Assembly (NCBI GenBank): GCA_002633005.1
Contig: NMRA01000072.1
Span: forward strand, 857,957 to 921,956
Source: Phoronis australis
Taxonomy: Eukaryota > Animalia > Phoronida
Direction of reading: 5' to 3'
Length of the DNA stretch: 64,000 bases
In this document: positions 10,814 to 25,132 of the stretch, piece after piece
Layout of the letters: every line of letters begins with the position of its first letter
How positions within the stretch are numbered: the first letter of the stretch is position 1
The notes under the pieces: generated by a model
Seen by the model: only the letters and a program-made list of their open reading frames with translations
Told to the model about the DNA's origin: nothing
Databases searched by the model: none
Position numbers and translations under genes: made by a program

Positions 10814-12152
10814 TTAAATGAATACAGAGCCTAAATTATAGTGGTACTTGGAAGACATAATTTATTGTGTAAAAACAGTACTACACCACCAGGTAATAAA
10901 AAGTTTAGAACGTATCAGACAGACATACCACATCAAGCTTAATTTTCAACAAAATAAATTATAATAATTTTGATTCTCAGTGATGTAACATGACCTGGTA
11001 CAATTCCATAAATTGGATTTAGCTTAACAGTTTAAAATTGCAGATCAAAGGCATCTGCCACCTATGAGTTGGATGAAATACTGGGCTAACAAACATCTAA
11101 GGAACTGTACCCTCGAATGTGACTAGACTAAGCACAACATAATTATCAACGGTTAACAATTATAGCAATTTCAAAACTGCACTATAAATCTAACACAAAC
11201 AGTACGTGATAAATTACAACATTACATAATGCATAAAAACTGATAAAAATAAGTCCAGTATCAATCTTCAAATTCTTATCAGAAAGGTACCTTTGTTTTC
11301 TTCAGTTAAAGTATTCATTGGCTGTAACCAGTAAGTCCTACCAAGCTCTAACTGAGACGCCTTTGAAATGACCACCATGGAAGCTAGAAGTTGACAAGCC
11401 GACCATCCACGATTTATAAACAGGCGCAAACCCAAAAGTGAAATATAAAAAACAATACAAAACATAACATGAACAAAGACAGATATACTTTACATGCGTA
11501 ATAAATAATACTATATTCCTCTAGGCCAAAACAACACCCCTGTACTCATGAACAGAATGCCTCCTGTCATAATTATATTCTGAAAGCCATCAAGGTCTTT
11601 GAATACCTTCTTAACATCACAACTATGACAGTAATGTCCCAGAAATATCTGAACTCTACAACCTATCTCAAATCTACAATACTTTTGTATAAATATGTCT
11701 ATACAGAAGGTTAACTTATCTCCAATGCTATCAATGAAACCCAACATGTGCAAGAGTTTATTTGGCTGACACACTTCTAGTGATTTATAATTCACACAGA
11801 TGTTACCAATCCATGTTGTGTCATCCATGCTCAGAACACTCTAAAGCCAACACATCACTGCACTGCATTCAGCACTTTTTGGACTTGAGCATAACTAACT
11901 TGGAAGAGGCGATTTTCTTCTAAACTCTTGCATAGCTTCTTCAATCAGCAGTGCAGTAGTCACCAATAGATGTCAGGACTGTAGGTTTAAAGGGTGCGAT
12001 AAGTAGAGATATTTTCATTTTAACAAACACAAGTTAGTCATATTGACACAGACTGATACTGAACAAAGTCTTACAATTCGGTAACCTGAATGTACTCCAA
12101 GACTATCTTCCAAGTCACTTACACTTTATACTTTCTTACATCCAAAATTTAA

Positions 12153-12811
12153 AGGGGCATTTCCTTTTTACAGCCAATAACGCAAATTTTAAAGTGACAT
12201 GATGTGCGAGAAGAGCGGTTTTTTAAGGTCAGCCGCAATGTGGAATTGAACACACAGCCTCAGAAGACACAGTCCAACACTTTGCTGGAGGAGCTAAGCA
12301 CCACTAGATAAATGGCACATTTTAAGCGTATTTCAGTGGTAAAGTCACCAGTCTAGATTTCAGTCAGTGGCGAGCGGGCAACAGCAAAAACTGGCAACAT
12401 GAAACAAAATCACAAAAAACAACAGATTTTGCTGGTTTATAGCTTTGGTCCAAGCTAATCAAAAAATAATCCTAAAAATGCATTTTTTCGGCTGTAAAAC
12501 CGATTATGCCTCCTTAAACAGGGTAAGTTAGCCACAAAAAGGCATCTCAAAGCACAACAGAAATGATCGTCATCTCCATACAGATCATTCATGTCATTAC
12601 TATGGTAAGCAAAAAAGGAGACAAAAGCATTCAACACAGTTGGCCATACTCGAACAAAATTAGTTTTGCTTTACATTAAAATCAGGATTGTTTTTCTCTC
12701 GCAGTACAAACCATGTGAAAATTTTGAGGACAGTTCATTACCATTAATTATGATTAGACTACTTCGCGATTTTTTTTTCAGGCCGTAAGTAAACAGGAAG
12801 AAAATGCCCCT
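12153..12811. mobile_element. Kolobok-type MITE in the putative spalt 3'UTR
   Basis: TTAA-AGGGGCATTT ... AAATGCCCCT-TTCA (right flank has one mismatch to TTAA). Confidence 0.55.
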
Positions 12812-13195
12812 TTCAAACTGACAAGGATCAGTAATTCATCTTGAATGCTTGTAGCAGTAACAAAAGATCCAGACAATATAGTTTTCAGGTATTTAAAACC
12901 ACCAGTCTTGCTATAACTTACTTCATTGCACGTGTAAACATTTTAATAGGAAAACAATATAAGGGTCGAAGTAAGTAGGCACAACCTTTCAACTGAAGAC
13001 AAAACACACACAATCCTATCCATAGTCCTAAATCTCAGTTGTCCATTTCAGTGGAGATGTGGATAGAGTCATTTCAACAGTTAGCGATTTCATACCACAT
13101 TGCTGCTTTCACTCTTGGTATTATTTAAGCACTTTTAGTTATTCATATTCACAGACAGTTCCACAGCTTTGTTGTGAGGTTAGTTCATGTCTATC

Positions 13196-14172
13196 TCATG
13201 ATGTGGCAGCAAGCGGCAAGCCCGACTCGCTTGGCGGCCCGTGGGCAGTCTTCATGTGTTGATCCAAGGAGCTGACAGAGGAACACACTTTGTTACATAC
13301 ATAGCAGGTTGTCTTCCATGCCCATGCCGATTTCGGAGACTCTTTCTCCGAAGAAGTAGGCGAGGTGGATGGTGCACGACTGTTTGTCGTCTCATCAAGA
13401 CTTGTAGCATCACCATTGCTCAAGAACGGAGAAGTCAGCTTAGTAAGGTCTCCTGGGTTGGTCATAGGTGGGAAGCCGGGCAGCATCGGCATGTAGCCTG
13501 CCTTCAACATGGCTTGAGCCGTGCTAGCCTGCATCTGCATGAGAGCCTCTGCGGCAGAGACCGATGGCAGGCCAGTCATGCCTGGCATGAGGTGAAGGTC
13601 GCTCATCTTGTTGGGAGAGAATCCATTCATGAACGGCGGGTAGGGAAAAAACATGTCCGGCGACGGAGCTGGGAAATGAGTGACCGGCGACTGCTTATGC
13701 GAGTCCTTGTTTGGCAACATGTTGCTCGGCAACAAGTTGACGTTCTCCACAGAGACACGTCGTCCACGTCTGGTAGCACCATTATTCCACATGTGAGTTC
13801 CCATGTGCACTTTGAGATTTCCTTTGGTTGTGAACGCTTTCCCACACACATTGCACTTGTATGGTTTGTCCCCTGTATGTGTGCGGAAATGAATCTGTAA
13901 TGCGCTAGCACTGGAAAAGGGCTTGTAGCAAACACTGCACTGATGTTTAGCGAGGGGGCGCTTTGGTGGAGGGCTCGACCGAGAGCTGCCATTCTCAGAT
14001 GGACATGGCCGCTTGGTCGGTGCCACGGTCTCTTGTGGCGATGAGTGTGTGGCCTCTTTCTTGACCTCTGACACAGCCGAAGTTTCACTGGATGCTGGCG
14101 ACACGACAGGTTCAAATACTTCAGATGGGAGATCACGTATCTTGTGGGTTAACATGTGCTGCCTCATGTTGC
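13196..14172 (-). CDS. sall: spalt/SALL terminal coding exon (end of ZF cluster 3, cluster 4, extra C-terminal finger, stop)
   Basis: Acceptor ttttgcag (AG at 14174-14173). Encodes [65 protein letters not shown] (SAL box FTTKGNLK) and RRGRRVS. TGA at 13198-13196. Confidence 0.96.
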
Positions 14173-14874
14173 CTGCAAAAGAAACTTTTATTTTAGGGGT
14201 TATCAAAAATAGGACTTATATGATTTCTCTTTGAAATCTTAAGTTTCATAAAATGAAATATTTTAAAAAACTGTAACAGCCTTTTTGAGATTTCAAATTG
14301 AACATTTTAATCAAATGAAATTCGGTCATGTTTTTGATACCATTGTCTCACTATCAGTGTACATTTCTTGTTTGCTAAATTATACTTTAAAGACAAGACC
14401 ACGTGACTTAATTAATGAGAGAGTGAAAATCAAATTCTGTTGGCTTTTTTCTTTCAGAAAACTTGTACTTCTATTGAGTTTAAGTGTTTAGTTTTGTTGA
14501 TATTTGCATGCACAGACTTGTCGATAATGTCCTACATAACCTTCAACACTTTGTCATGAGCGTTATGATTTCAGAAGTCTCTATTTTTGAATGAAATATG
14601 AATATGCACTGTTTTGCCCAAGATTAACTCAGACAATGAATCACTTCCATTTGTGTGCTTTATTCGCTTCAAAGAAAACTTTCCAACCAACAGTTTTTAC
14701 CACAGGAAGAAACCCATTCTGATTCACCCTGCATTAAACTGATGTAACTACAGCAGTTAGGTGTCACTTATAAAGGTTAGTAACATTCTGATTATGATAT
14801 GGTAACATTTGTTATGAATGATTTTCTTGAATATGGAAAATTTTAGTTGTCTCGTAATCCTAATCAAAACCTAC

Positions 14875-16605
14875 CTCTTGTTGTGAATCCACGCCCGCAA
14901 ACCTCACAGTTGTATGGCCTCTCTTTAGTATGCATTCTGTAGTGAATCTCAAGAGCACTGCGGCAGGCAAAACTCTTGAAACATATGTTACACGTAGTTG
15001 GGTTCAAACTATCAGATGCTTTGCTGGAGCCTTCCGTTGCAGGGTTGGTCTCGGCAGAGGCGTTGCTCTCTGGATAGGGTGACAGGGCATTAGCAGCATC
15101 ACCGTCCTTGCTAGTAGGGGATTCTGGTTCGCCTTCACACGATTCTGGTGAAATGGGGGCAGCCAAGTTTGGTGTTACCACCTCCTGCTGCCTGGCTACA
15201 GATTTCTCAAGGTTCATTGGTTCATCAACATCTCCTTGCTGTTCATTGTCAGTTTCAATGTTCAACGGCTGCGTTGGGTCAGACGGTTTGTCGCCAGAAG
15301 GAGACAGCAGGGTGTATCTCGGCTCCTGTTCCCAGGGGCGAGTCATAGACGATTGCTTCAATTGTGAGTCCATAGCACGCACACGCTCTTCCAATGCCGC
15401 CAATGACGTGGAATATGGTGATGCAAAAGATGGTGGGTTGCCATTGGCATCAACATAAGCACTAGCTGACAAACCACTGGCTGACTGAGGTGTCGGAGAG
15501 ATGGACGATGAAGAGCCATCACGTTCACTGCCACCGCCAACAGAGTCCGGTCTCTCTGGCTTGTCCTCTGATGGTTCTGATTTGACGGACTGGGTGCGAA
15601 CCAATGAGTCTTGACCAGGACTGTGTAGGCTGACACTTGAAGGACGGTGGATGCGCAGATCCAACTCACCACTGCCAGACGCAGCAGGCCCGGATGGCGG
15701 CGACCCATACACTGTGCTGGGCAAGCCAGCCGACTCTGTGTGCATGCGAATATGCTGTTGGAGTACAAGAGCATTGGTGAACTGCTTGTGGCACACGGGA
15801 CACTGATGCATCATACGCAGAGGTGGTTTTGATCTGTGCACACCCATGTGGGTCTTCAGGTTTCCCTTGGTGGTGAATGCGCGGGAGCACAGCTTACACT
15901 TGTATGGCCTCTCTCCAGTGTGGATCCTGTAATGCATCTGCAGGGCGCTCTTGCAGCTGAGTACGCGGTGGCATATAACACACTGATTAGGGTCGGACAC
16001 TTTGGTGTTGAGGCTTTCCACAAGTTGCTGAAGTTTGTCCGTTTCTGACTTGGAGATCTCCATGAATTCTTCCATGGAATCGGAGGGATCGTTCTCCGGA
16101 AGGATGGATGGCCGGAACATTCCAGGAAATGTAGGGAAACTAGGGACTGGGGGTGGCACGGGAAGCATGGTCCCCGGAAACGAGCTCAACATGCCGGCAT
16201 TTCTCATCAGTGGGTTTGAAAAGGTCGGCACAGCTACGGAGGTCATTTGCGACAGATCAGGAATACTGAGACTTGATGACGAGTGAAGTTGTTGCTCGGA
16301 CATTGGCAGATTCGGTTCCTTGTTCGTCTCCACTGGTGGACTCATCGTGGTTGTACTGGGTGGGCCAGATGACGGGATACTCGTTGGAGACCTCATGTCT
16401 CTGCTGTTGTCCGCTTGAGAAGAGGGAGGCAACAGGAGAGAAGAGGGCGGGGCAGAGTGATCAGGCTTGTCCAGGTATTCTGGTACAGGTGCAGTGTTCA
16501 TGCGGACGTGAGGATACTTGGTGCGGTGACGCATGAAATGTACCTTCAAGTTACCACGTGTTGAGAAACGGTTGCCACATATGTTGCACTTGAACGGACG
16601 CTCTC
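14875..16605 (-). CDS. sall: spalt/SALL large internal exon (second finger of cluster 1, triple cluster 2, cluster 3)
   Basis: Acceptor tttgcag at 16606-16612, donor G|gtaggt at 14874, 1731 nt, phase 1/1. Contains [61 protein letters not shown]...[10 protein letters not shown] and [14 protein letters not shown]. Confidence 0.97.
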
Positions 16606-19320
16606 CTGCAAAGACAAAAAGGCATTGATGTTACAATCGTCTCTTTCCAGAATTTAAATAACGTGGAATTTTGACTCTGAAGTTTTCACTTTGATTATAT
16701 AAAGCTTAGGTGTAGATCAAGAGAAATGCATGGGGCCAGGACAACCCTGCTCAGCCACTTATGAATTGCTGGAATAGAGGAGAACAAAGTAACCTACGTA
16801 TCTGCTCATGTTCCTCTAGTCATGATCCTAGATCGACATCAGAAGCATTTTAAAATTTATACATGATACTTAAATGTTCCTTGTACCTCAAACTCCACCA
16901 ACACTGCACTACTTTAACACAAGCATTCAGTAACGTGTAATGGGTACTGTGTAATGTTCAATATGTCAAAAGTATTGTAAGCTACTACTGCTTCTCAACA
17001 ACAACCAGAACTGTTTGTAATTTAAATTCCTCATGTTAGTTAGTTTCCAAATTGCACACATCAAATGCCAACATGGAGAGTAAAAGCCTTAAGCATACAA
17101 GAAAATATTGAGTCCTCTCAAGGAAAGGATTGGTTATTAGCAGACTGCAAATAGGTTAATACAAATAATTTAAATAGAGACAATATTTTTTGTAAAAAAT
17201 AAATAAATGCAGTTTGTCACATTTTGATGCCACAACACAATAATTGGGCACCAGTTTCTGACGAGGGTCCTGGATTTTGAGAACCACTTTGATGCCTGTA
17301 ATTCAGAGGAGGAAATTGGTTAACAAAAGCCGAGACCTCTCTGATTATTACTAATAATTGTACTAGTTATCAAATAAATCAACAAAACTACCGTCCATGA
17401 GAACACGTAAAACCTAAGTGGAAATATGAACATGAAGAATTTCAATGGCATTCCAGTTTCACAGGACAACAAAAATCACAACTGAAAACTTGACCAGACA
17501 ATAGAAGAAGTAACGTCAGAATTGCAGATTTTGCAAAATTTTGCAAATAAACTATTTCATCACATATTTTTTGACATGTTGATCTTATGACAATATTTCT
17601 AAAAGGGAGTCAATAACAGTTTTCCTTTAAATGTGCCTGTTCTTTTATGTCATACGTGTTTTTTATCAACTGAAACACGCAGACAGACATCCGTGAATGT
17701 TTCAAATACTGTCAGAAAAGGATGCGTGCAGAATATAAATTCACTAACACAATTAAACTGTCTGTTCGTAGAAATTAATAAGAGGTGAAAGAATAAATTG
17801 GCACAAGTTCAGTCGATGATTGGCCTTGGATTTGGCAAGTGAATGACGTGAGAACTGTTATTAATAAGACCTGAATTAATATGGAATGGTTGTAATGCAA
17901 TCATGCTTAGCCAGCCTAATCGGGAAATCGGTTATTAATGCTGAGGCTTATATCAATTAATCATCACCAATGTTTTGCGCCTTTGATTGAATTAATTGAT
18001 GAAATTAGGTGGCTGATTTTAATCTTTAAGATGGCATACACTAATAAGAAATCATATATTGTAAGCTATTGTGTAACTTTAACGTTATTTTCTTGCTAAG
18101 TCAAAAAATTTAAAGAATGAAGTGGTTAATAAAATGAAAAATCTTTAATGACAATTTTAACTCTCACATCTGAGACAATTTTGCCAAAAAATAGCTTTAA
18201 GATACACAAACAGGGCTACGTTCCGTAGACACAAAACACTCACAAGAACAGTTACTGCTACCACACACTTCGCTGCTATGGTATGGTGTTAAGAAAACTT
18301 AGTCATCTAAAGACACTAGGATAGCAGCATAAATCACACGTGAAAAAATACTACCCCAAACAATTTGCATTGGAAAGGGCATCAATGTGGCTCATGGTCT
18401 CCTAAACTGATCCATAGATTTGAGGCCTTGTGATCAATTGACCCATAGGTATGTTTTTACGAAAACGATCCCACAAGACACTCGTAAGAAACGCTAGAGT
18501 TACCCTGTTTCACCACTAATGCTTGGTGATAGCTCGAAAAGAATTGTGCGATCTAGGATTTTCGAGAATTTCTTGCGTCTATGGCAGGCAATCCAAGTAT
18601 AAGAATGCTACAACCATTAAACTTATAACGATGATTAAATCAATATAAAGGCTTGTTCCTCAGGCTTAACTAGATTGAGCAGATATGATTTCATAACTCT
18701 GCAGATTATGATTAACTTAATCTTGCAGGCTTTTCTTTAAATGATCATGTGGAGATACTTGTTTCAAATCATTTAACAAGATTTAGAATAGCATTACTGG
18801 CGACTGCAATACGGTCTATAAATCAAAATGAAAATTGGATGACACTGCAATACATGTTGACCGTCAAACTTTGAATAGCTTTTACGCAGTCACAAGGCTA
18901 AGTACACTAAAAACTGACCAAAAAACACCACTTAGGAGCCTGTCAAAACAACCTGTCATCTAAATAATTTTTACAGCATTCACAAGAAATTTTTTTTAGA
19001 TGGGTTATTCAACTTCTGAATCAGCCAGCAGATCAGCTGCTCGCCAAGAGCCAATTCACAACGGTGCTTTTTACTTGTCTTGCAACAATTTAGACATTTC
19101 CATTTACCTATTCCCATAACAGCAGAGTGCTCAGATTAATAATCTGTCCAAGCACGTGCACGGCCTTCTCAAGGTAAGAATAAGAGCTGCCAGTGGATTT
19201 GAGGGCAGATCATTTGCCGGGTGAAAATTCATATGTGATTTTTTGGATAGTGACCGAGATGACAGTTCTACCTTCTGATCATACGGCATGCAAACGTTGT
19301 ATTCATGAGATGTCATATAC

Positions 19321-19458
19321 CTGTGTGTGACCTCAGGTGAATCTGCAATGCACTGTCGCTACCAAACACCTTCTGACAATAACGACACTTGTGCTTGAAA
19401 TATGGATCACTGGATGGTGCCTCCTCCTTACTACCAACTGTCACATTCGGTGGTACCA
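19321..19458 (-). CDS. sall: spalt/SALL exon with the first finger of cluster 1 (copy A)
   Basis: Acceptor cttgtag (AG at 19460-19459), donor G|gtatat at 19320. 138 nt, phase 1/1, encoding [26 protein letters not shown]. Confidence 0.92.
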
Positions 19459-19925
19459 CTACAAGATATTCAATACCATGCAGCTGTAAAAACGCGTTCT
19501 GTCCTAGGATTAAATTCAATATTTAGACTACTCATTGCTTTAAAATTGGCCTAAACTTGTTCCTTACTCAGATGAGAAGTGATTCCTGAGTTTGCAAAAA
19601 ACTGACATTTCCTTGAGACCAAATGTTCGACACATAAAATGACACACCATCACAAGCCAGGTCTTAAGGCATTAGCCAACTGTCACGTTTTTCAAAGTCC
19701 TGAAATCCTCTAATTTGACAGGAACAATTTGAGACCAACCTCACGATAGTAAGTCATTTAATTGGTTTTTTGTGATGGAAGGCAAATCTGTTTGTTTAGC
19801 CAAAAATCTNCAGATCATTTGCCTGGTGAAAATTCATATGTGATTTTTTGGATAGTGACCGAGATGACAGCTCTACCTTCTGATCATACGGCATGCAAAA
19901 GTTGTATTCATGAGATGTCATATAC

Positions 19926-20063
19926 CTGTGTGTGACCTCAGGTGAATCTGCAATGCACTGTCGCTACCAAACACCTTCTGACAATAACGACACTTGTGCT
20001 TGAAATATGGATCACTGGATGGTGCCTCCTCCTTACTACCAACTGTCACGTTTGGTGGTACCA
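19926..20063 (-). CDS. sall: Second copy of the same spalt exon (copy B), probably the other allele or an assembly duplicate
   Basis: Same peptide with two synonymous differences. It sits inside a ~600-bp duplication that starts immediately after an N. Confidence 0.5.
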
Positions 20064-23000
20064 CTACAAGATATTCAATACCATGCAGCTGTAAAAACGC
20101 GTTCTGTCCTAGGATTAAATTCAATATTTAGACTACTCATTGCTTTAAAATTGGCCTCAACTTGTTCCTTACTCAGATGAGAAGTGATTCCTGAGTTTGC
20201 AAAAAACTGACATTTCCTTGAGACCAAATGTTCGACACATAAAATGACACACCATCACAAGCCAGGTCTTAAGGCATTAGCCAACTGTCACGTTTTTCAA
20301 AGTCCTGAAATCCTCTAATTTGACAGGAACAATTTGAGACCAACCTCACGATAGTAAGTCATTTGATTTTTTGTGATGGAAGGCAAATCTGTTTGTTTAG
20401 CCAAAAATCTACAAAACTAGATTTTTGAATCAGTAAAAGTACATATTTTCAGAAAGTATAATGTCTGTAGGTTTTGATTTTTTTTTAACTTATACCAATC
20501 TGTCATTAACTGGGTCACATGATCAGGTCTTTTTAATACAAATTACCGAAAAAGAAAGGTATGTTCATTGAAATTGTGCTTTTGTTTTTGGTTTTATACT
20601 CCTCAGAAGAAAAAAATTAAAACCTAAACTGAGGAAGTTAAGAATTATAATTTCCCACAATTGTACTGTTTGGGTTCGAGCTGATAGACAATATTTTTGA
20701 TGTGAATTAAACTGTCTCAACTTATATTTATTTATGTGAAATAGCACATTTTCAGGATTCCAAAGGCAATTAGTCTATTAATAAAAGTAAACACTAAAAT
20801 ATTGTTTTAAAAACTATTAGCGTGTTTATACTTCGCTTAAAAGATTATGAATATTTGACCAAGTCAGCAGTCAAAACTGTAGAATAAAACAGATTCTGCC
20901 ATTAAGTACTAACAAGTTCCAAGTACTTCTGAGTACAATATTTCACCTTACACTCAACAGATGGCACTATATGTACTAAACTGATGGTGTTGCAGGACAT
21001 TGCAATAAAAGCAAAGTTGCAGCCTGCAGATGATTATTTGAGATACCCCAGTATGTTAACTTTGACAAAGCATAATAAAGGAACAAAAAGTAAGAAAACC
21101 GTTTAGTTGAATCACAACGATCACCCAAGCAAAGTGTCAACAAATTACATCCTCCAATATTCAGATTTTAAACATCTTTCCTCAGAACGAAAAATGCACA
21201 ACTTTTTTCAAAAAAATCCTTAACAAGTATCGGTGACCTCACTTCATGAAAATCATTAACACCAGATATCACAAAAATGCCAAACAGAAACCTAAATTAA
21301 ACCACATCACTATTTCCTATAAACAGTTAAAAACGAAACAAACTACATTCTGTTTGGATTTAAGAGATTATAGAAAACTATAATGACAAGTAACAATAGC
21401 CAAACTTTGCACATTAAAATAATGAATGGTAAATATGTCCGTGGGTGGTGGCACTATACCCCAGCCATACACCCACTTATAACTGCCAGACATTTATCAG
21501 ACTGTAACCCGATAGAGTAAACTTGTTCCTAAATAATTTAGGCAAAAATTAAACTTGCCAGAACCAACAAATGCTCTGTGGATTTATTGAAAAACAAGTG
21601 TTATCTCCAATTTATATAAAGTGAGTGACAAAGACATGTCCCCTTTACTTGGTGTATGACGTGAACCAGGGGTAGTTTACATGTAATGTGAGATTTGTTA
21701 ATAAACCAGCCAAATGGAAAAGTTTATTGCATTAATTATTGAGAAAGTGCCCTGACAAGAAGTATACATTTGCCAGCATCTGCTCTTTAAACATAATTTA
21801 ATATAAATTACAGCCTTGCTCAGACAAATGGCAGGGGCCAGTGGCGGCCAAGGAATGTGTCCGCTGACATATATTAATAGAAAGCCTGCATAAATATACT
21901 TTATGGAGAGTTTGGTTAATTTAATTGCCAAGATCAGATTTCACTGAAACCATGGGACACAGACTTCACTCTGCGCTTTGTTTTTCTTGGAATTTTACAA
22001 AATGGAAAATTTGATAAGTTAATGCTGTCCGCACCATCTGATGTTACACACTGTTTATGCTAAACTGGAATGTGACATATAAATAATTTTTTTTTGCAAA
22101 GTAACAGAGACATTTATTGGAGATTAAAAAGACTGCTTCTAAAGTAAGAAGTCAGCTTTGTATCTGATGTGCAACTAGTGAATCATTCTACATAATCAAG
22201 AGAAGAAAGCCAGTTTTGGTTATCAATCTTTATATTTTCTAGACAAATTAAGCGCCCATAATGAATGAGGCAGTTATTAGAAATATCTAACAGCAGTGAA
22301 GATTTGAAAAAGACAGTGAAAAAGAAACCAGAAAGTGTAGGTTGTTAAAAGTTCATGTAAATGTTTAATACATTAACTTTTGATTGAAAGAAGAGACAGG
22401 CAAGAGAATTTGTGCCAAGTGATGAAACATAAATTTTGAACAAAAAGGAAAATAATATGTGGAATGTGGTTAAAGGAACAAACTAATTGAAATAATCTAG
22501 TGCATGTAATGACTTTAACATAGCTTCAATGGTAAATGTGCTAATTCAATAAGTCACCTTATTATATCTTGGATACAGAGCTTTCAACCATGAAGTACCA
22601 CAAGAAAGGAACTATTTACCCAGAAATTAACAGAGCTATGGAAGAGTAAATTACCCCCAACTATCCACACCAAGGAAAAGAGCAATTTTCACCTTTAATT
22701 TTAAAACATCGTGCCTGAATTTGAATGGAGCTCTGTGCTAAATACAAAATAAACGGGATTTCTGGGCTTGGGAAAGAACTTATACGCTCCATTATTGCTC
22801 AGTGGGGGATATGAGATGTTGCAATAGGAGCCACCATGATTTTGGAAAGGAAAATGTAGACGAAAGCCCTAAAAACGGCATGTTGACAGAGTTTTTTTCT
22901 AATCATCTCCGCCTATGCTGATTACGATCAGACTGGACATGTTGGCTTGTCACGGCATGTTATTTTCATGAGATGAGCATCATCTCAAACAATAACGAAG

Positions 23001-23689
23001 AGTCAATTCTTTCCAAGCCCATGAACCACTTCTCACCTGACTACGGAATAGGGTGAGACCACTTCTACACTGGTGAGTTGTCTAAATCAATTGTTTCTTT
23101 TATCCAATGTGGATTTACTGCAGCTTCAACTAACAACCTTGGGTAATTCTTCACTTATTTAGCACACAATATGGCCGACAAGCGAAATTCTATTTTGTCA
23201 AATTTCTTCACACAAATAAAGATTAAGAAATTTTGTGTTCATTACTATTATTATTACATGGTTTGTACTCTGTAGATTTCATGAAACAGCATTTAGTAAA
23301 GTTTCCTTCATTTCCAGAAAGGTTAAATCAGCTTTTGAAAAAAATGGAAATTTTGCAATTATTTTGTACCGAATAAGTGAAGTATTACAGTACCACTGGG
23401 GTCCATTTAAAATCGTTCTCTGAGTAAACCGCTGAGCAAAAATCAGTAGTAGAGGGCGATAATCAGACTAAATATGGTAGATAGCATACTTGAACAGCCT
23501 CTAACCAATTGGCCATTGGGAACAATCAAAGGCAAGTTATAACACAGGGGTTGGGCTATAGGTTTAACCTTTGTCATTTTTCTAATTAAATGAGACATTA
23601 ATTCCCATGTCTTATCTTGATAATATGCACAGTATGCAGTGAGCATGAAATGTATGTCCAGCCATAAGTTAAGAAACTATAACAGCAAA

Positions 23690-24440
23690 TTGTTGGCTAT
23701 AAAAGCAGGCATGTGTTTGCTGGAAGTACAGTTGAAAAAGTTGCACCACCGCAAATACTGAGCAATCTAAGATTTCTGCACGTTTTCTTCATGTTTGTTA
23801 TAATAGCTGTTGTGTGTTTTAGCAGAAGCAATTTCATTACTGAGCAATTTAGATTTTACCCATGATTTGCTACATAAAATGGTGTTAGTTATAATAGCAG
23901 ACGTGCAGTTAAGCTGCAAACAGAAAAAGATACAGTTTCAAATACTGGGTAATTTGGGATTTTCTCACGGTTTGCATCATAAAATGGTGTTTGCTATAAT
24001 AGCAGGTGTGTTTTGGCTGAAACTACAAGTCTAGAACAAAAAAGATACAGATTCAAATACTGAGCAATGTAGGATGTTCAAGTAGTTTGATTCTAACTGA
24101 TCCTACAATGGTGTTTATCATACAGTAGACATGTACGTTATCAGTATATAAGAGAAAAAAGATATAACTTTAACACAGGTGGATTTAGGGGCAAAAAAAC
24201 AGCATCAGCATATTGACTATTAGAAGGTTGGCAGACATTTATCCTTAAAATGTTGCTTGGGCTGCACTGTACAGAATCTTAGATCTGACAATGTTCAAAT
24301 ACTGTAAGATTCCTTGCTTAGTAAAATTGAGTTTGTTATCATAATGGACATGAGTTTAAGCAGGAAGTAGAAAAAATACATTTTCAAATACTGAGGAGTT
24401 TACGATTTTCCCATCATCTGTTTCATGAAATGGTGTTATC
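23690..24440. repeat. Degenerate ~90-120-bp tandem repeat
   Basis: Recurrent caaatactgagcaat...gattt...aaaatggtgtt...ataatagcag at ~23752, 23838, 23939, 24054, 24296 and 24385. Confidence 0.65.
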
Positions 24441-24789
24441 ACAAACCAATGGTCACTGATCCACGTCAGAAGCACTCTTCAAGCGGAGATAACCGTCCAC
24501 AGAAAAACGAGATTCACTTATATACTTGGCAGGAATATAAAAACTTGAGAGATTGATGTCACTCACAAAGCTGCATGGCTGCATATTACTTTATCAAAAT
24601 ACTTCACAAAGGAGGCATGGCATTCACGGATTATCAGTACTAATGTCAAAAAGGCCACACACTAATTCAGTCAAGATTTTTGATAACACGTCATTTCATT
24701 TAGAGTAACCAGACTGGATGGATAGATCACCAAATAATGAGATGGCTGCAATGTCTTCATTCAGTGTTTGTGCCTATCAACCCACTAAA

Positions 24790-25050
24790 TCACAAAAACC
24801 AAGTTCTGATTTAGACCACCCACCCTAATGAAATTGGTCGCATATTATTCCTAAGCCCAGTTAGAAGTGATTACTAGGCTTCTAAAGAACTGGCACTTGG
24901 TTACTGCTTGAGACCAGGATCTACAAGTTGGTTTGTCATGGCGTGTCATTTTATGTGCTGAGCATGGTCTCAAGGAATATAACTCAGTTCCTTGTAAACC
25001 CAGAAATCACTTCTCATCTGGGTGAGGAACAAGTTGAGACCACTTTAGCA
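24790..25050. repeat. Dispersed ~300-bp repeat family; other copies at ~19540-19800 (and its duplicate), ~31300-31555 and ~36340-36480
   Basis: Shared core cttgttccttactcagatgagaagtgatt...ccttgagacc...aaaatgacac, present in both orientations. Confidence 0.7.
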
Positions 25051-25132
25051 TGGTAAGTGATCAACATCAAATTTTGCTTCTTGGACAGATCTTGGGTTGT
25101 AGTCACTTTAGATCTCATAATATAACCTTGAA

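Larger units (their letters stand above)
19206..20410. repeat. ~604-bp direct duplication split by a single N at 19810 (likely scaffold-join artefact)
   Basis: 19206-19809 versus 19811-20410 differ by about 6 substitutions and one ~4-bp indel. Confidence 0.9.

Noticed and set aside
13059-16536. Plus-strand and alternative-frame ORFs over the spalt exons
   Set aside because: Shadow ORFs with no independent domain signal.
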